Positions 25,501-37,513 of a stretch of 64,000 bases of DNA are shown in pieces. A model generated the notes under the pieces. The model saw nothing but the letters and a program-made list of their open reading frames with translations. It had not been told where the DNA came from and ran no database searches. Within the stretch, counting starts at the first letter, position 1. Every line of letters starts with the position of its first letter. This DNA is from Phoronis australis (taxonomy: Eukaryota > Animalia > Phoronida), in NCBI GenBank assembly GCA_002633005.1, contig NMRA01000039.1, positions 489,225 to 553,224 on the forward strand. Direction: 5' to 3'. The position numbers and the translations under genes were made by a program.

Positions 25501-27873
25501 GTACTAACAGTATGTATTATCAAAAGGCACACATCAATTGTGACTGTGTGACCCTACATGTGTTACTAGTACACTCTTTGTTCAAAGCTTCTTTGTCCTG
25601 GCTTCCACTGTGGTTGCCATCTCATGAGGCCAAGAATGAGCAAACAGTACAAAACCATAAGTGTATTCATACTTCTCTGGCCCAGCAGCCAAGAGCAGTT
25701 GAGACCTAGGTATATTGTCCTCTGAAGTGTGTTCTAACCTGGCAGTAATATTAAACATTGTGATCCTAGGTTCTAACTTAGCCTACTGACATGTCTCTGC
25801 ATTTAGCGAAATCTCTACAAAATCATAAATGTTAACTTGGTAAGAGTACACGTATATTTTCTGAAAGCGGAAAGCCCGCAGAATTCGACTTTTAGCTTTT
25901 TAACAACCTGTTCCAAATTGGGTCACATGACCGCAGCTTTCTGGCAAAATTTCGCAAAAAAGAAAGTCTGACAGCAAAACAAGGGTATCATCACAACATG
26001 GCCAATTGATCAACACGAAATCTCAAAAATCCTGCAATAAGATTCTTACATTACAATTCCATTTTTGTTTCACGCAACTCCTCGATTTTGTCATCAAAAT
26101 CACAAAAGTCCTATTTCCGATGGCCCCTCAGGTAAAAGCGAATTAGAGACCAGTGCGTAGGGCATACTTTATGATGTTGCCAAGTTTGCCAAACATTTTA
26201 CAAGGATCCTACACAACCTTATCACTTTAGTACCTTAACATGGAAGAGCAGTGAAGAATATGTCATAAACAGATCCACAATGCCCTAATTCATTGACGAT
26301 AATAATTCACAAGGAACACAGCACTGCCTTAAAAATTGAATATGTCAATCTAAAAATCTGATTTCCGCTAAATCAATCAAGTACGGAGTAGTTACACTAC
26401 TTAGCCCATCTTTTTAACCGAGTCATCCACTGGACGAGTGGACGACAACATAAAAATAGAAAATCAAAATGTTTTCAAACAGAATAGAGCAGAACACTGT
26501 CTCAAAAAATAACTCTTGGTGCAGACAAAATACTGGCACCCATTAATTACAGCAGAGACAGGCATCAAGGTCAAATTAGATAAGGCCATCAAAGGACAAG
26601 GAATTTACAACAGGCATAGGAACAACTGGCTTACAAATGGAATGACTCACCTGGTGAGGCAGCATTACTGCTGCATCACTTCCTCTATGTTTTACTACAT
26701 GCCCATCCCCCCAATTTTCAACAGTTTCCATTTGAATACCTGTTCGTTATTTGTGGATTTAAGTGATATTGATCACCCAGAAAGGTGCCTGGAAATCAGC
26801 CCCAGTGTAAACTGGAACGGAGTAACCTTCACTGTGCAGTACAAAGCTGTTCTGACCAGCTAAATCATACTCAATAAACGATGGTGTATTTCAAGCATAT
26901 AATTATTCAACTGGCTTTTGATTTCAGCGAATGTCTGGCTGACATCGACGACTGATAATAAAATCATAAAAAACACGATGGATATTATTGTTTTTAGCTC
27001 CGGTCAAAACAAACAACAATCATCACAGAAAAGCATTTTTTGGAAGAAAAGCGAGAATGTCCCCTTAACAAACACATCCAATAAAGAAAACCATAGAGGG
27101 TGGCAAAAATGGTGCCGACCAGAGATGATGGTACCAATATTATATCAGGTGGATTCTATAATCACTTGGTGAATATCTCCCACGTACCCATTTTTTGATT
27201 TACCCTGGTAATGGGCTGGTTGGAGAATGACGCATGCTAATGTTCTCAAATCTATTTTGATTCGACGCAGTTTGAACTTTGCCACGACAAGTTTGGCTGA
27301 CCGAGCGCCAAGTTTCAAAATCAATGTCAGAACTTCAAACTAATAGAAGAAGAGTCTCTTTTCAACCAAAATGGATACCTTTGATGTCAGACACCAGTTC
27401 AATGTATAGATTCCAAGCATTTACATAGAAACCCTCGATTTCAAACATGTTCACTTATTTTGTTAATTCGGGTAGAGTTAGAAGACCAATATGCAGAAAA
27501 GAACCCCACCCCCCCATTGCCCAAAATTTACAAAGTGACACAGATCACCATGTAATACCGATCCCTCCCTTTATCAGCATGTGAACTATTCAACTTGTGT
27601 TGCCAGTTCAAATTATTCCTCAGCCAAGATAGTGTTCATTCTAACAACACCTGAGAAATTTATCAGTCAACACCATGATCCATACAGTTTGCGGTATCAA
27701 TCTGCAATTTCTAGATACACGTCAGTGGAAGACTGACACAGTACGAATTCAATTACAGAGCATCTATTAATAATTGCAAAGAATCTGACATTTGTCTCTA
27801 GAGTTTTGCTAAAACTTAGTAATCAGAGTGAGTTCCGCTTCTTCGATATTTAAGTAACGACCAGATTAATAAT

Positions 27874-27978
27874 CTACTGTGCAACTGTGTATCCACTGTA
27901 AGGTAAAGCACCAAACAAAACCAAGCTACTGTGCAACTGTGTATCCACTGTAAGGTAAAGCACCATACAAAACCAAGC
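27874..27978. repeat. ~52-bp tandem duplication
   Basis: ctactgtgcaactgtgtatccactgtaaggtaaagcacca... x2. Confidence 0.9.
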
Positions 27979-28435
27979 AGCAAGGACGTGGCGGTACTCA
28001 CCAATTAACTGGCTGGACATCTTAAAAAATGGCTGGATTCCCAAACACGGATCAAATTCTGCAACTACATCTACAAACAAAATTGGCCAGACCTCCAACA
28101 GCAGGGTTGAATCTGTGAACACCTCTGGCAGGGATCAGTTGTGCCAACTAGTACATTTCATAGACTGGCGAGAAAAACGAGATCACGCGAGACCATCATG
28201 CGGATGGAAGTGTTTGACAAATATGCGCAAGACCTTGCTAGCGTAACCTTGCAAAATGGCAGCCACTGAGTGATTGGTTGGATGGTGAAGTTGGAATGCT
28301 ATGGGACAGCATTCAAGACTTGTGGTGTAGAATTTAGTGTTTCCGTTCCATAGGGGATAGAATAAGCGTACAAGTGTTAATGTCAAAGGTCTACCGAATA
28401 CAGTCCAGTTAGAGTGTTCCCATGAGGCATTTGCA

Positions 28436-28672
28436 CATGCGCGCACCAAGCCTTCAATATGGGGGGGCTCGAATTTCTGGCAATGTGGACCTTTTGGGCC
28501 GGGTGACAAAAAAACAGAAGGACTAAAAAAAAACGGGGTACCACCCTGTGCCTTTTCAGAGGACTTTTGTCTCGTTTTCTCAGACTTTTGTTTCTCTGAG
28601 GCGGACTTTTTTGCCCACTTCGCCCAAATGGCCCCCCNGCCCCCCGAGCCCCCCCCCCTGGGTGCACGCATG
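28436..28672. mobile_element. GC-rich MITE-like element
   Basis: TIR catgcgcgcacc / ggtgcacgcatg with G-run and C-run subtermini; no clear TSD. Confidence 0.5.
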
Positions 28673-31600
28673 TTCCATAGAAGGTGCATTAAGGAACGGC
28701 ACTCAAATGAGTTTTTCGCATCCAGATTCCTCCAACTGAAACCACTGCTATAGGTTGCCATTTGCAATGTAATTTCCTACAAAAGCATTAATTCATACAG
28801 TTAGAAACTAACGATTGGTGTCAATGAACATAACTCTACCAAGGGTGGCTTTGTCATGGAATCTAAGAGTGTGTGTATGTGTACTGTGCATGTGTGTTAG
28901 CCCATTTTCTAAAGAAGTGTGTGAGTATCCCAATTTTCCAGCTGCACACTCTACCTAAAACAGTTGAGTGCCCTCAGAACTACATCTCTGGGCAGGTGAT
29001 TAGACAGAACAGTTGTCAGTCTGACAGCTATATTGTTTACATACTCCATAATTCATCTAAGAAGATTTTTATGATTTCTCACAAACATTGTTTCGAGCAG
29101 GAAACACTTGGATTGCCAAATACAATTCAGATTTCAGCTTCGAAATCAAATACTCCCACACCACAAGAGAATGTTATTCAGCGGTCAGTCCCTGTAATTT
29201 ACTGTTACCTGTATGGGGTCTGTCTCAGTATCAGGTCACAGATTGAATGAATGCACTCCCAAGTTATTGCCCCAGTCAGGTTAAGGTATTGCATTGGTCA
29301 GGATTTCAAATGGCAGTTCTGTTAACATTTGGTTATGGGGGACAATTGTTAAGTTTGCCAGTCTTTAAGTACATCTCATTTGTGGCTCTTGTCAACTGGC
29401 AAGTATGCCAAGTCACACAAATCTAGCAAGTGACAGAATAATATAAATCTTGGTTCAGGTGATACCATGTGCCCTGCTGAAAGTATGGGGTATGCAAATC
29501 AATGGTTCCAAGTCATTGATTCCAAGAGCACTCAACCATTCAGATCCCAGTGGACACTCTTTACTTGAACACTACAGGCTTACTCATATCTCTCCCCAAA
29601 TACAACCCCCCCTCAAACAAAATTACATGTACATTCGGACATTACATGGAAAAATCTAACCAATTTTGGGCGAAAATAATTGCCAAAATTATACCTTGTT
29701 TTCATTTTCAAGGACTTCAAACATTGTTGCGAATGCTCACGTTTTTTTCAAAACATTTTCTGATGGCAGCTGACTGTAACTCTATGATACAAAATTTCAC
29801 TTGGCTGCCACACCCGTGTCCTGCCACACCGTGTCCTGTACTGGTGAGACTTAACCATAGATAGAGCAGGAGTGTGTTCCTTTGAGCAAGTTTCTTGCAA
29901 AATAAGTGAGATCATGCAACCCGCAAAATCACACGAGTTTGCTAGAGACCTTACAAGTGAAAACTAGCAAAATGGCCACCACGGAAGTAGTTTATCAGCG
30001 AGGCTGTAATGTTGAACAATGGGATGAAGTTTTGCAGTTTCTGTTAGTAAGCGGGACGCAGCCAAAATCACCTCTAGATACTGGTACTGAGTTTCACACA
30101 CCATACCAGGACTCATTTCAAGAACCACTTCAATGGGAGACAGCAGGTCAGAAAAACAAAATTTTCATTTGTCTCAAATATTCAGGACATGACGGCATAT
30201 TTAGTAAAAAACAACTGTCAATAAACAAAATAAAATGACACTTTCAACATTTCTGGGAATGAAGACTAGAGAAATGATAGTTTTAGCAATTTTTTCACTG
30301 CGATTTGGTAAAAAAAAATATGCCAATTCAACTTATGATGAGAAAGATGTGTAAAGGAATAAGGCTATATATTTACGAACAGATATCCGGATTGCACTAC
30401 ACAGCCTCGGTGCTCTATGCAATCCTAGTCTGAGTGACATGCACGTCACAGTTTCTCTAACTCTGAGTGGAAAATGTCAGAAATTGGCAGTTTCACAGAG
30501 CGCACTCACTCATCCAAGGAGAACCACATGCAGGCATGTTTAACACACTGATATCAATACACCTCGAAGGCACTGCCTTGTGAAAAACAAGAACTCGAAT
30601 CAGGAAAAATAAAACTACCGGTACTAGCAACTAATTTATACCATTAATTATGATTAATGATTCAAGCCTCAGGAATTTGCCAAAACCACCCTGGAATATA
30701 ATGAAAAAAAAACCATAAAAATGTACTTCGTTGAAACCAGCCTCTGTTGGGGATACCAGATCAGAAATTACGCACTAATTTGTACTCATCATGTGAACAT
30801 TTGGAACGAATGGGATTCACTGCGGTGTGCAGATGGAACAAATAACAATGATTCGCCATCATCAATAATAAATCAAGTTGCTACGAAGCAATCGAAGCAA
30901 TCGTAAGCACATTAGCTCAATGTTTTACCGGACAATATTGAACTAAGAACAGCAGCCGGTAATATTAACATGATGACTGTGATTAAACAGGAATAATAGG
31001 AAGACAAGTAGGAGTTGCACAAGTTAATGAGTCACAAGTCAGGTATGATGAAAATAGTCGCCACTGTCACTAATTCCTGAGAAAGCTGAAAACAAAAGTA
31101 ATCTTGACAGACTGATCAGGGCTATCTAACTTCAAAGGGCAACCAAAGGATGGAGAGACTGAAACCAAAGTTAATACCAGCGAAACCATAAGGTTTGCAC
31201 TTATGCACTATTTAGGAAAATACTAAACGCGACTTAGAACTATCTACCCACAAATAGTGCATCTAATCGACAACTACGGATTTATGTCAAACATGAAAAT
31301 CGCAGTTAAGGATACAATAAATTCTACCCTGATCAAGTCGAAATTACAGAACAGGTTAACAAAAGACAGTGTTCTACCACAGAACAATTCTTTTGTACAT
31401 GACCACTGGATAGATATGACAAAGGGCACTGAAATGCACACATTAGAGAAAGCTCAACACAAGGCAAAAAGAGAACATGGTACAACCGAGCGGGAGAGGA
31501 CTTCACCAAGAGGCACCTAGAAACCAAGGACAAAGGTTGCTCTGATGTCCGAAGCCACCATTTTGTTAGCTGGTTGAATTTTGTGTAGATTAAACAAACA

Positions 31601-32038
31601 TGTAGGACAACCATTATGACATATGTGTGTGCACTGTCTGCTATCAATAACCTAGTTGGTTGACATGACAAAGGAAACAAGATTTAGTCCATACAAGTAA
31701 TCCACTGTGTGGATAACTCAATATGCCATGTGATAAAGAACAAGTCTTAAGCTGCTTGTGGTAGAATATCATGCATCTAGGACCCAACAAACAGGGATGA
31801 CATTTAAGTGAATTTTTGTCCTTTCATAGATGAGTTTCTCACATGACCTAGAATGTGTTACATTAACACAGAGTAAGTAATTTTGTTGATATTACATGGC
31901 CAAATCACAAAGTAGTGCAAAGTAGAAATCCATACGTCTTACATTTTATCACCTGCAAAACACTAAAACAACCAAACGCATCACAACCAAACATTATGGC
32001 GGGATTCCGAGAAGGTGACAAGGTTATGATTGACATAC

Positions 32039-32200
32039 CGGGTGTTCCAACTGTATGTATTCCCAGTCGGAAGGACATGCAAACAACTTCATAAATGGAC
32101 CCATCTTCGGCGGCGAATTCCACATCTACGTTCATTAAAACGGAGACGAACCCCAAGTCAAGAAATGCAGTGAGACTGTCTAGCTGTGCTGTCTCAAGGT
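32039..32200 (-). other. candidate alternative 5' exon of BAZ2B
   Basis: CpG-richer patch, gccgccgaagATGG, and donor CCG|gtatgt at 32037-32038; 5' end not defined. Confidence 0.35.
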
Positions 32201-32717
32201 CAATTCAGTGCTCACGCACGGGGGGGGGAAGCCTTGCTGACTTATTTATAAACGTTTTTTTAAGCTTTAATATCACAACTTCAAAGACTATTTATTAGAC
32301 TCTTACTTGAATATTTGATACGAAAGCTGAATGCAATTTGCAATTGCTAAGTTTAAAATGAAATCATTAACAAAAAGTTACTGAATTACTTTACATTGCA
32401 CAAACGTGTTTCTACAATAGTTGCGTCATATGATTGAAAGTTTTATACACGGTTTTCGGCAAAAAAAGATAGTTTTTACGGTTCATGTGAGAAAAAAATC
32501 CTTCACTGGTCTCCGCAAGCCTCCAGATTTTGACGAAATTTCCAAGAGGTTTTGCCCATGTCATAAACCTGAGAGTCCTGTAGGATTCTCTTTAAATGTA
32601 ACACTAAATGAGTACTGAGATAAATCATTTTTCAAGTTATATTCTGTACATCTACCACTAGATTATGTGACTTTTAAGACATTGGGGGCATTCAAAACAA
32701 AATTTAAAAGTCTTTAG

Positions 32718-33219
32718 GGCCTTTCATACTAACGTCAACGTGTCGATGGTTTGGGGAGTTGCGGTCAGTATGAACATTTAACTCCAGTCCTGGATTGCAG
32801 TTAACAGCTCCAGTTAACATCGCAGTTAAGAGGTGGATTTAATAGCGCAGCGTCGATGCTGCGGTGCAGTATGAACGCTTAACTTCAGTCCAATCGAAGT
32901 TATCGCCAGGTGCCGCTGTTATCGTCAACAGTTACAGTAGTGCCGTCACTAATAGCTGCTTATATTTTGCTCTAATAATAACCAATCGATTTAAAAATCA
33001 GTTTAATGTCACTTAGCACATGTAAATGTTTCCAAATTGAAACACTGAAAAAGAATCTTAGCGTGCAACGCTACCTTGCGATAACTTCAATGACGACAGC
33101 GGCACCAACCGCTTGCTTCGATGTTCATTAACTACCGAAGCCAGTATGAACGGTCCAGTTAAATGCGCTGTTTACGTCGACGCTCCGCTCAGACTGAGTT
33201 ACGTCAATATGAAAAGGCC
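32718..33219. mobile_element. PIF/Harbinger-like MITE
   Basis: TIR ggcctttcatactaacg / cgtcaatatgaaaaggcc; internal CAGTATGAAC x3; a related end occurs at ~48615. Confidence 0.55.
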
Positions 33220-33374
33220 TTTTGACTGAAAAACTGACAGAGGTAATGCATTTTTAACAGTTTAATTTCAGTCCGAAATTGGCAAGATTTTATCCAATCA
33301 CTGGTAGAATGCCCTTATGATACTGTAAACTACTCTCAACCACTTAAGATACAAAACAATCCCATTTGCACATT

Positions 33375-33905
33375 AGAAAGCCACAAAGAATGCAGTCAAG
33401 GTAACGACTATACCCACATATACGCGAAGAGCAGTTGTCACAGAGCAGCTGACACGGAACAGTTGATCAGGCACAAGTATACATGTAAACATGACTGACA
33501 CGCAGCAAGCTGACACCGCTGCGACCCCGTTTGTCACAGGTTTGAGAGGTAGAGCAAGCTGCACTCCATCAGTTACTCTAGTGTCAACAACGCACCTTAA
33601 CACAAACTGGGGCTAGGGGTAAGGGATCATCTCTGGAACACCTGCGCGATAGCTTATAGGGTGATCCGCTGGCATTCCACACGGTCTGGATGTACGCCAT
33701 TGTTTACGCGACCATCCAGAAAGAGTCTTTGTGTAAATGACTCATACTGGTCCAGTTGGCGGTCTAATGTCGTGTGAATGCGGACCAACTTGCGCCGTGA
33801 CAATCGTTTTGCGTGTAAAAACGGCTTGTATATCTAAAAACTGTTCAGATATTTCTAGTGCGTCCTTGAGAGCTTTCAATCATGATATTTTATGTTGTCA
33901 TGTAA
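33375..33905 (-). repeat. interspersed repeat, copy 2
   Basis: Reverse complement aligns by eye with 22070-22590. Confidence 0.65.
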
Positions 33906-36051
33906 AAAAATTTCATTTTTATCATTCTCAAACTGTTCTTGGTCACAAACTAGAGTTGCTCAAGTCCTAGCATTTCTTAAGATAAAAACAGCCATATTTT
34001 AAATTTACTTATTATTAATTATTACCGTAATTATTAATTATGTTAGTATTAATAATGCATACAAATAGTGCCAAATGGTACGTGCAATGACCACACATGA
34101 GTGGCCAGTGCAAGTCTGTACAACATGTACCAGACCGCGTGCAATTATATCTTATTGAACGAATTCCGAAGACAATTTATTGAAAGTTAAAAAATTTACA
34201 TATCATATTTTTTTAACATCGCAGAATAAAGCACGTAAGTTTAACAACTTCGGCTTATAATCCAGAACTAAACATTCCTAAAAGGATCTGACAAACATTT
34301 TTGTGAGAGGAAAACAGTGAAAACATAACTGATGCAGGTGACTTGGCGGACTAATTTTGAAGTTTATCACCACAGCTTAAAAACAAACGACTTTTACCCA
34401 CATAGAAAACACAAATTCCTCAAAGCGATACATAGCTGGATATGCGTAATACTAAATGTGTAATTGTCTTTTCAACAGCAGCAAGATACTTGAAGTCTTG
34501 AAGTTCACCTAATACTGAAAATGCAACGTGGAAATTGTCCTTTAGTCTTAATAGCAAAATATTTTACAAACAGACTTAACTCGCAGCCACATTCAACACC
34601 GACCCCCAAAAGTCACGTCGGAACATATCAAAAGACTTCTTACTCCTAATTTTACACAATTACGATTGTGGTAAGAGGAGCCATGTGATCGCTCTTATAC
34701 CCGAGTGTCACTGCCCTATACTTGATTTATTCAGTTTGTTTGACCTCATTATTCTGTACGTACCTTCACCACCTGACAGAGCTAAAATACTTTCCACAGG
34801 TGCAGTTAAAAACCTATCCTAATATGAATATCAAAACTCTGCGTATTCTTGATAATCAGCCTTGACGTAGGCCTACGCAACAAAAAGAAACCACACAAAG
34901 CACGAGTGGACATAACGGGAGTTCCGAGGTAAAACCCATCTGACAATGGCATTGTTTGATGACAGCACAGCAAAATTTTAACATAACCAGCAAAAATAAT
35001 GGTAATTTATACACAGCAACAATTCCCAAATTGTTCTTTTCCTCCGCAGAGTTAGAACCAAGTACAGGCAATTCACATTTCACATTAAAACAAGACTAGC
35101 TAATGCTAATAGGGCCCAGTCAAGGAGTTGAAAACAATTAGCAAGAGATTGCAAAAAATAAACTGTAGAACGAAATACTCAGGAATTTATGCTTAATTTT
35201 AATTAGTGTTTCGCACACACTACAATCACAATCAAAACAAACAATTGCTTGCAAAGGTGTTGTTAGGAATCTGAAATTAAGCTGCTGAAGTCCATCCATT
35301 CAAATAAGCACACATTAGCATACAGCAACAAATAGCATTTTTATTCATACAAATTGAGAAACACCAGAAATATCAAGTCTTTACAGAGAACAGTACAAGG
35401 ACATTTGGATCAGCCATTTGTGTCAGTCTCCTCAAATGCAAATAAGAGTTTATACTTTAAGAACACCTTTCAATTTTCTGTCGTGAAACTTGAATTTTCC
35501 GCCAAAGCTACGTCAGTAAACACCAAAAACACGTGCTGGTAGGGGTTTCCCAAAGAATTTAGACGTAAAACGTCAACCAAAACGTTTGCTGGGTGAGAGA
35601 ATAAAGGCCGACCGAATCCCAGATATTAATGGCTGCTCGGCACAGGAATGAAGCGAGTCAATAATTTAGAAACACGGCTAGACGACACCAACAAAAGTCA
35701 CCGGCTTTAAATAGATAAATATGCAAGAATTTCGAGGGAATTCCCAACAAAATACACATGAAATTGATGGTTAAACATCCTTATTTGTCAAACAGTATGA
35801 TTTGTAAGGCTTTAGGCATACAACGCCGCGAAAAGTGCGTGCAAAGATTACTCGGAAGATCGCTATCAATCGCATAACACATCGGAACAAAGTAAAGATC
35901 ATATGAAAATAAATTCAATAAATTTCGGAATGAATCCGACATAAAAACATGAATGTGATACACTGCTCGGCTGCAAATCCTGTACCATTGTGTAGATAGA
36001 TGCTTCCCCAAACGTCTTGTGAAGTAAAGTGGACAAAATAACGAGACATAC

Positions 36052-36336
36052 CTGGTTTTGCCCAAGATGAGGAATCTTGAAGAAAAATGGAAGTATCAGC
36101 TAGGATTCAGAATCGAGCGCATGTGGTACAAGACGCGTGACGTCATCATGTCGGGCAAACAATCTCTCCTCACACAGTCCTTCACAATCGTTTACATTTG
36201 CTATTTTGCCGTGTGTTAGTGTTTGTGTCCGATTGTTAAGAAGTGCAGTATTTGAAGAAATCTATAAGGGTCATTTTGAAGTGATTTTTGTTCGAAAATT
36301 GCAGTCAATTTTCGACAAATGTTATGAGTCGATTCG
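36052..36336. promoter_or_regulatory. probable bidirectional promoter: BAZ2B non-coding first exon (minus) and a divergent plus-strand first exon
   Basis: Minus-strand donor CAG|gtatgt at 36050-36051, plus-strand donor TCG|gtaagt at 36337, full CRE palindrome TGACGTCA at 36138-36145, locally CpG-rich. Confidence 0.5.
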
Positions 36337-37360
36337 GTAAGTGCGAGTTTGTATCCCGGCTTTGTAAATGATTAGGCTCCGCCTCCAAAAGCGATTAACT
36401 ATGGGGCTCATTTGAATAGATCCTTATTTATTATACTAACAAAGGACTCGCGTGTAAAGGTAGGCTCGTGCGACCGAACGGGTTGGGGAAACTGGTCGTT
36501 TTACGAGAGCGTTTGAGGTGTTTTAAGTTAATGTGTTGTTTCAAATTTCTTTCCAGGCTGATCAACTGTAGCGTTGCATGTCAGAAGTTACAAATGGATA
36601 CTAAAATGCCTTTGAATTACAGTTCGTCCAAGTTGTCAACTAGTTCATCCGCAGGGATGTGGCCCGGTTCTTTGTATATAGCAGGTGTCTTAGCAACTCA
36701 AGTAAAACTTTCGGAAATCCAACACAATCCATGGGAAATTTAATTCAGAGTTACAGCTAGTCAACTTGTGCGAAAATGTCAGTGCATGTTGTCAATACTC
36801 GTATGATATGACTTGCACACACTACTGAGACATGNCCCCCCCCCCCCCTTGGAATCTGATGCTCAATGTGCTCCTTTTGTAGGCTCTACATCCCAGTCCT
36901 TCAGTTTCTCGGCCCTAGAGTTGCCAAATGGTATGAGCATGTGAAGTCAAATTTTAGGTGAGAAAATGTCATTCCACCAAAAATAAAAATCGTCTTTGTG
37001 ATGTGATGACATTAATACTGAAATTAACTGAAGGTGGTGATTCTTGATTTAGAACATAAAAATAATTTCCAAAATTTTCATTTTTCTAGTTCTGAAAGTC
37101 AGACCACCTGATGTTTCAAATAATGGTAAAATTTGACCAAAATTTTTTATTGCATCTACACAGTATATAAACCAAGATAATAGACTAAAAAATTTTTAAG
37201 TTCTTGGAATTTCACTGGTCTACCATATGCACTAAAATATATGGAAAATGGCTGTTCTATGGTAAAATCTCTCCAATTTTGGACAAAAATAGTTATCAAA
37301 ATTGGTCCTATCCTTTTCTAAAAATGAATGCCCAGATCAATTTCTAAATTGTCTGATGGT

Positions 37361-37513
37361 CACTACGACAAGACCTCTGATCATGTTGAAGAATTTATTT
37401 GGTGGTACGGTGAAATATCACCAGTTCAGGAAGGACACTACGACAAGACCTCTGATCATGTTGAAGAATTTATTTGGTGGTACGGTGAAATATAACCAGT
37501 TCAGGAAGGACAC
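37361..37513. repeat. 75-bp tandem duplication
   Basis: cactacgacaagacctctgatc...ttcaggaagga x2, 1 mismatch. Confidence 0.9.

Noticed and set aside
28183-28767. 194-aa minus-strand ORF
   Set aside because: Spans a GC-rich MITE and an n gap; low complexity and no domain.
36979-37035. Box C/D-like motifs (GTGATGA...CTGA)
   Set aside because: Spacing too short and no terminal stem or recognisable guide; insufficient for a snoRNA call.
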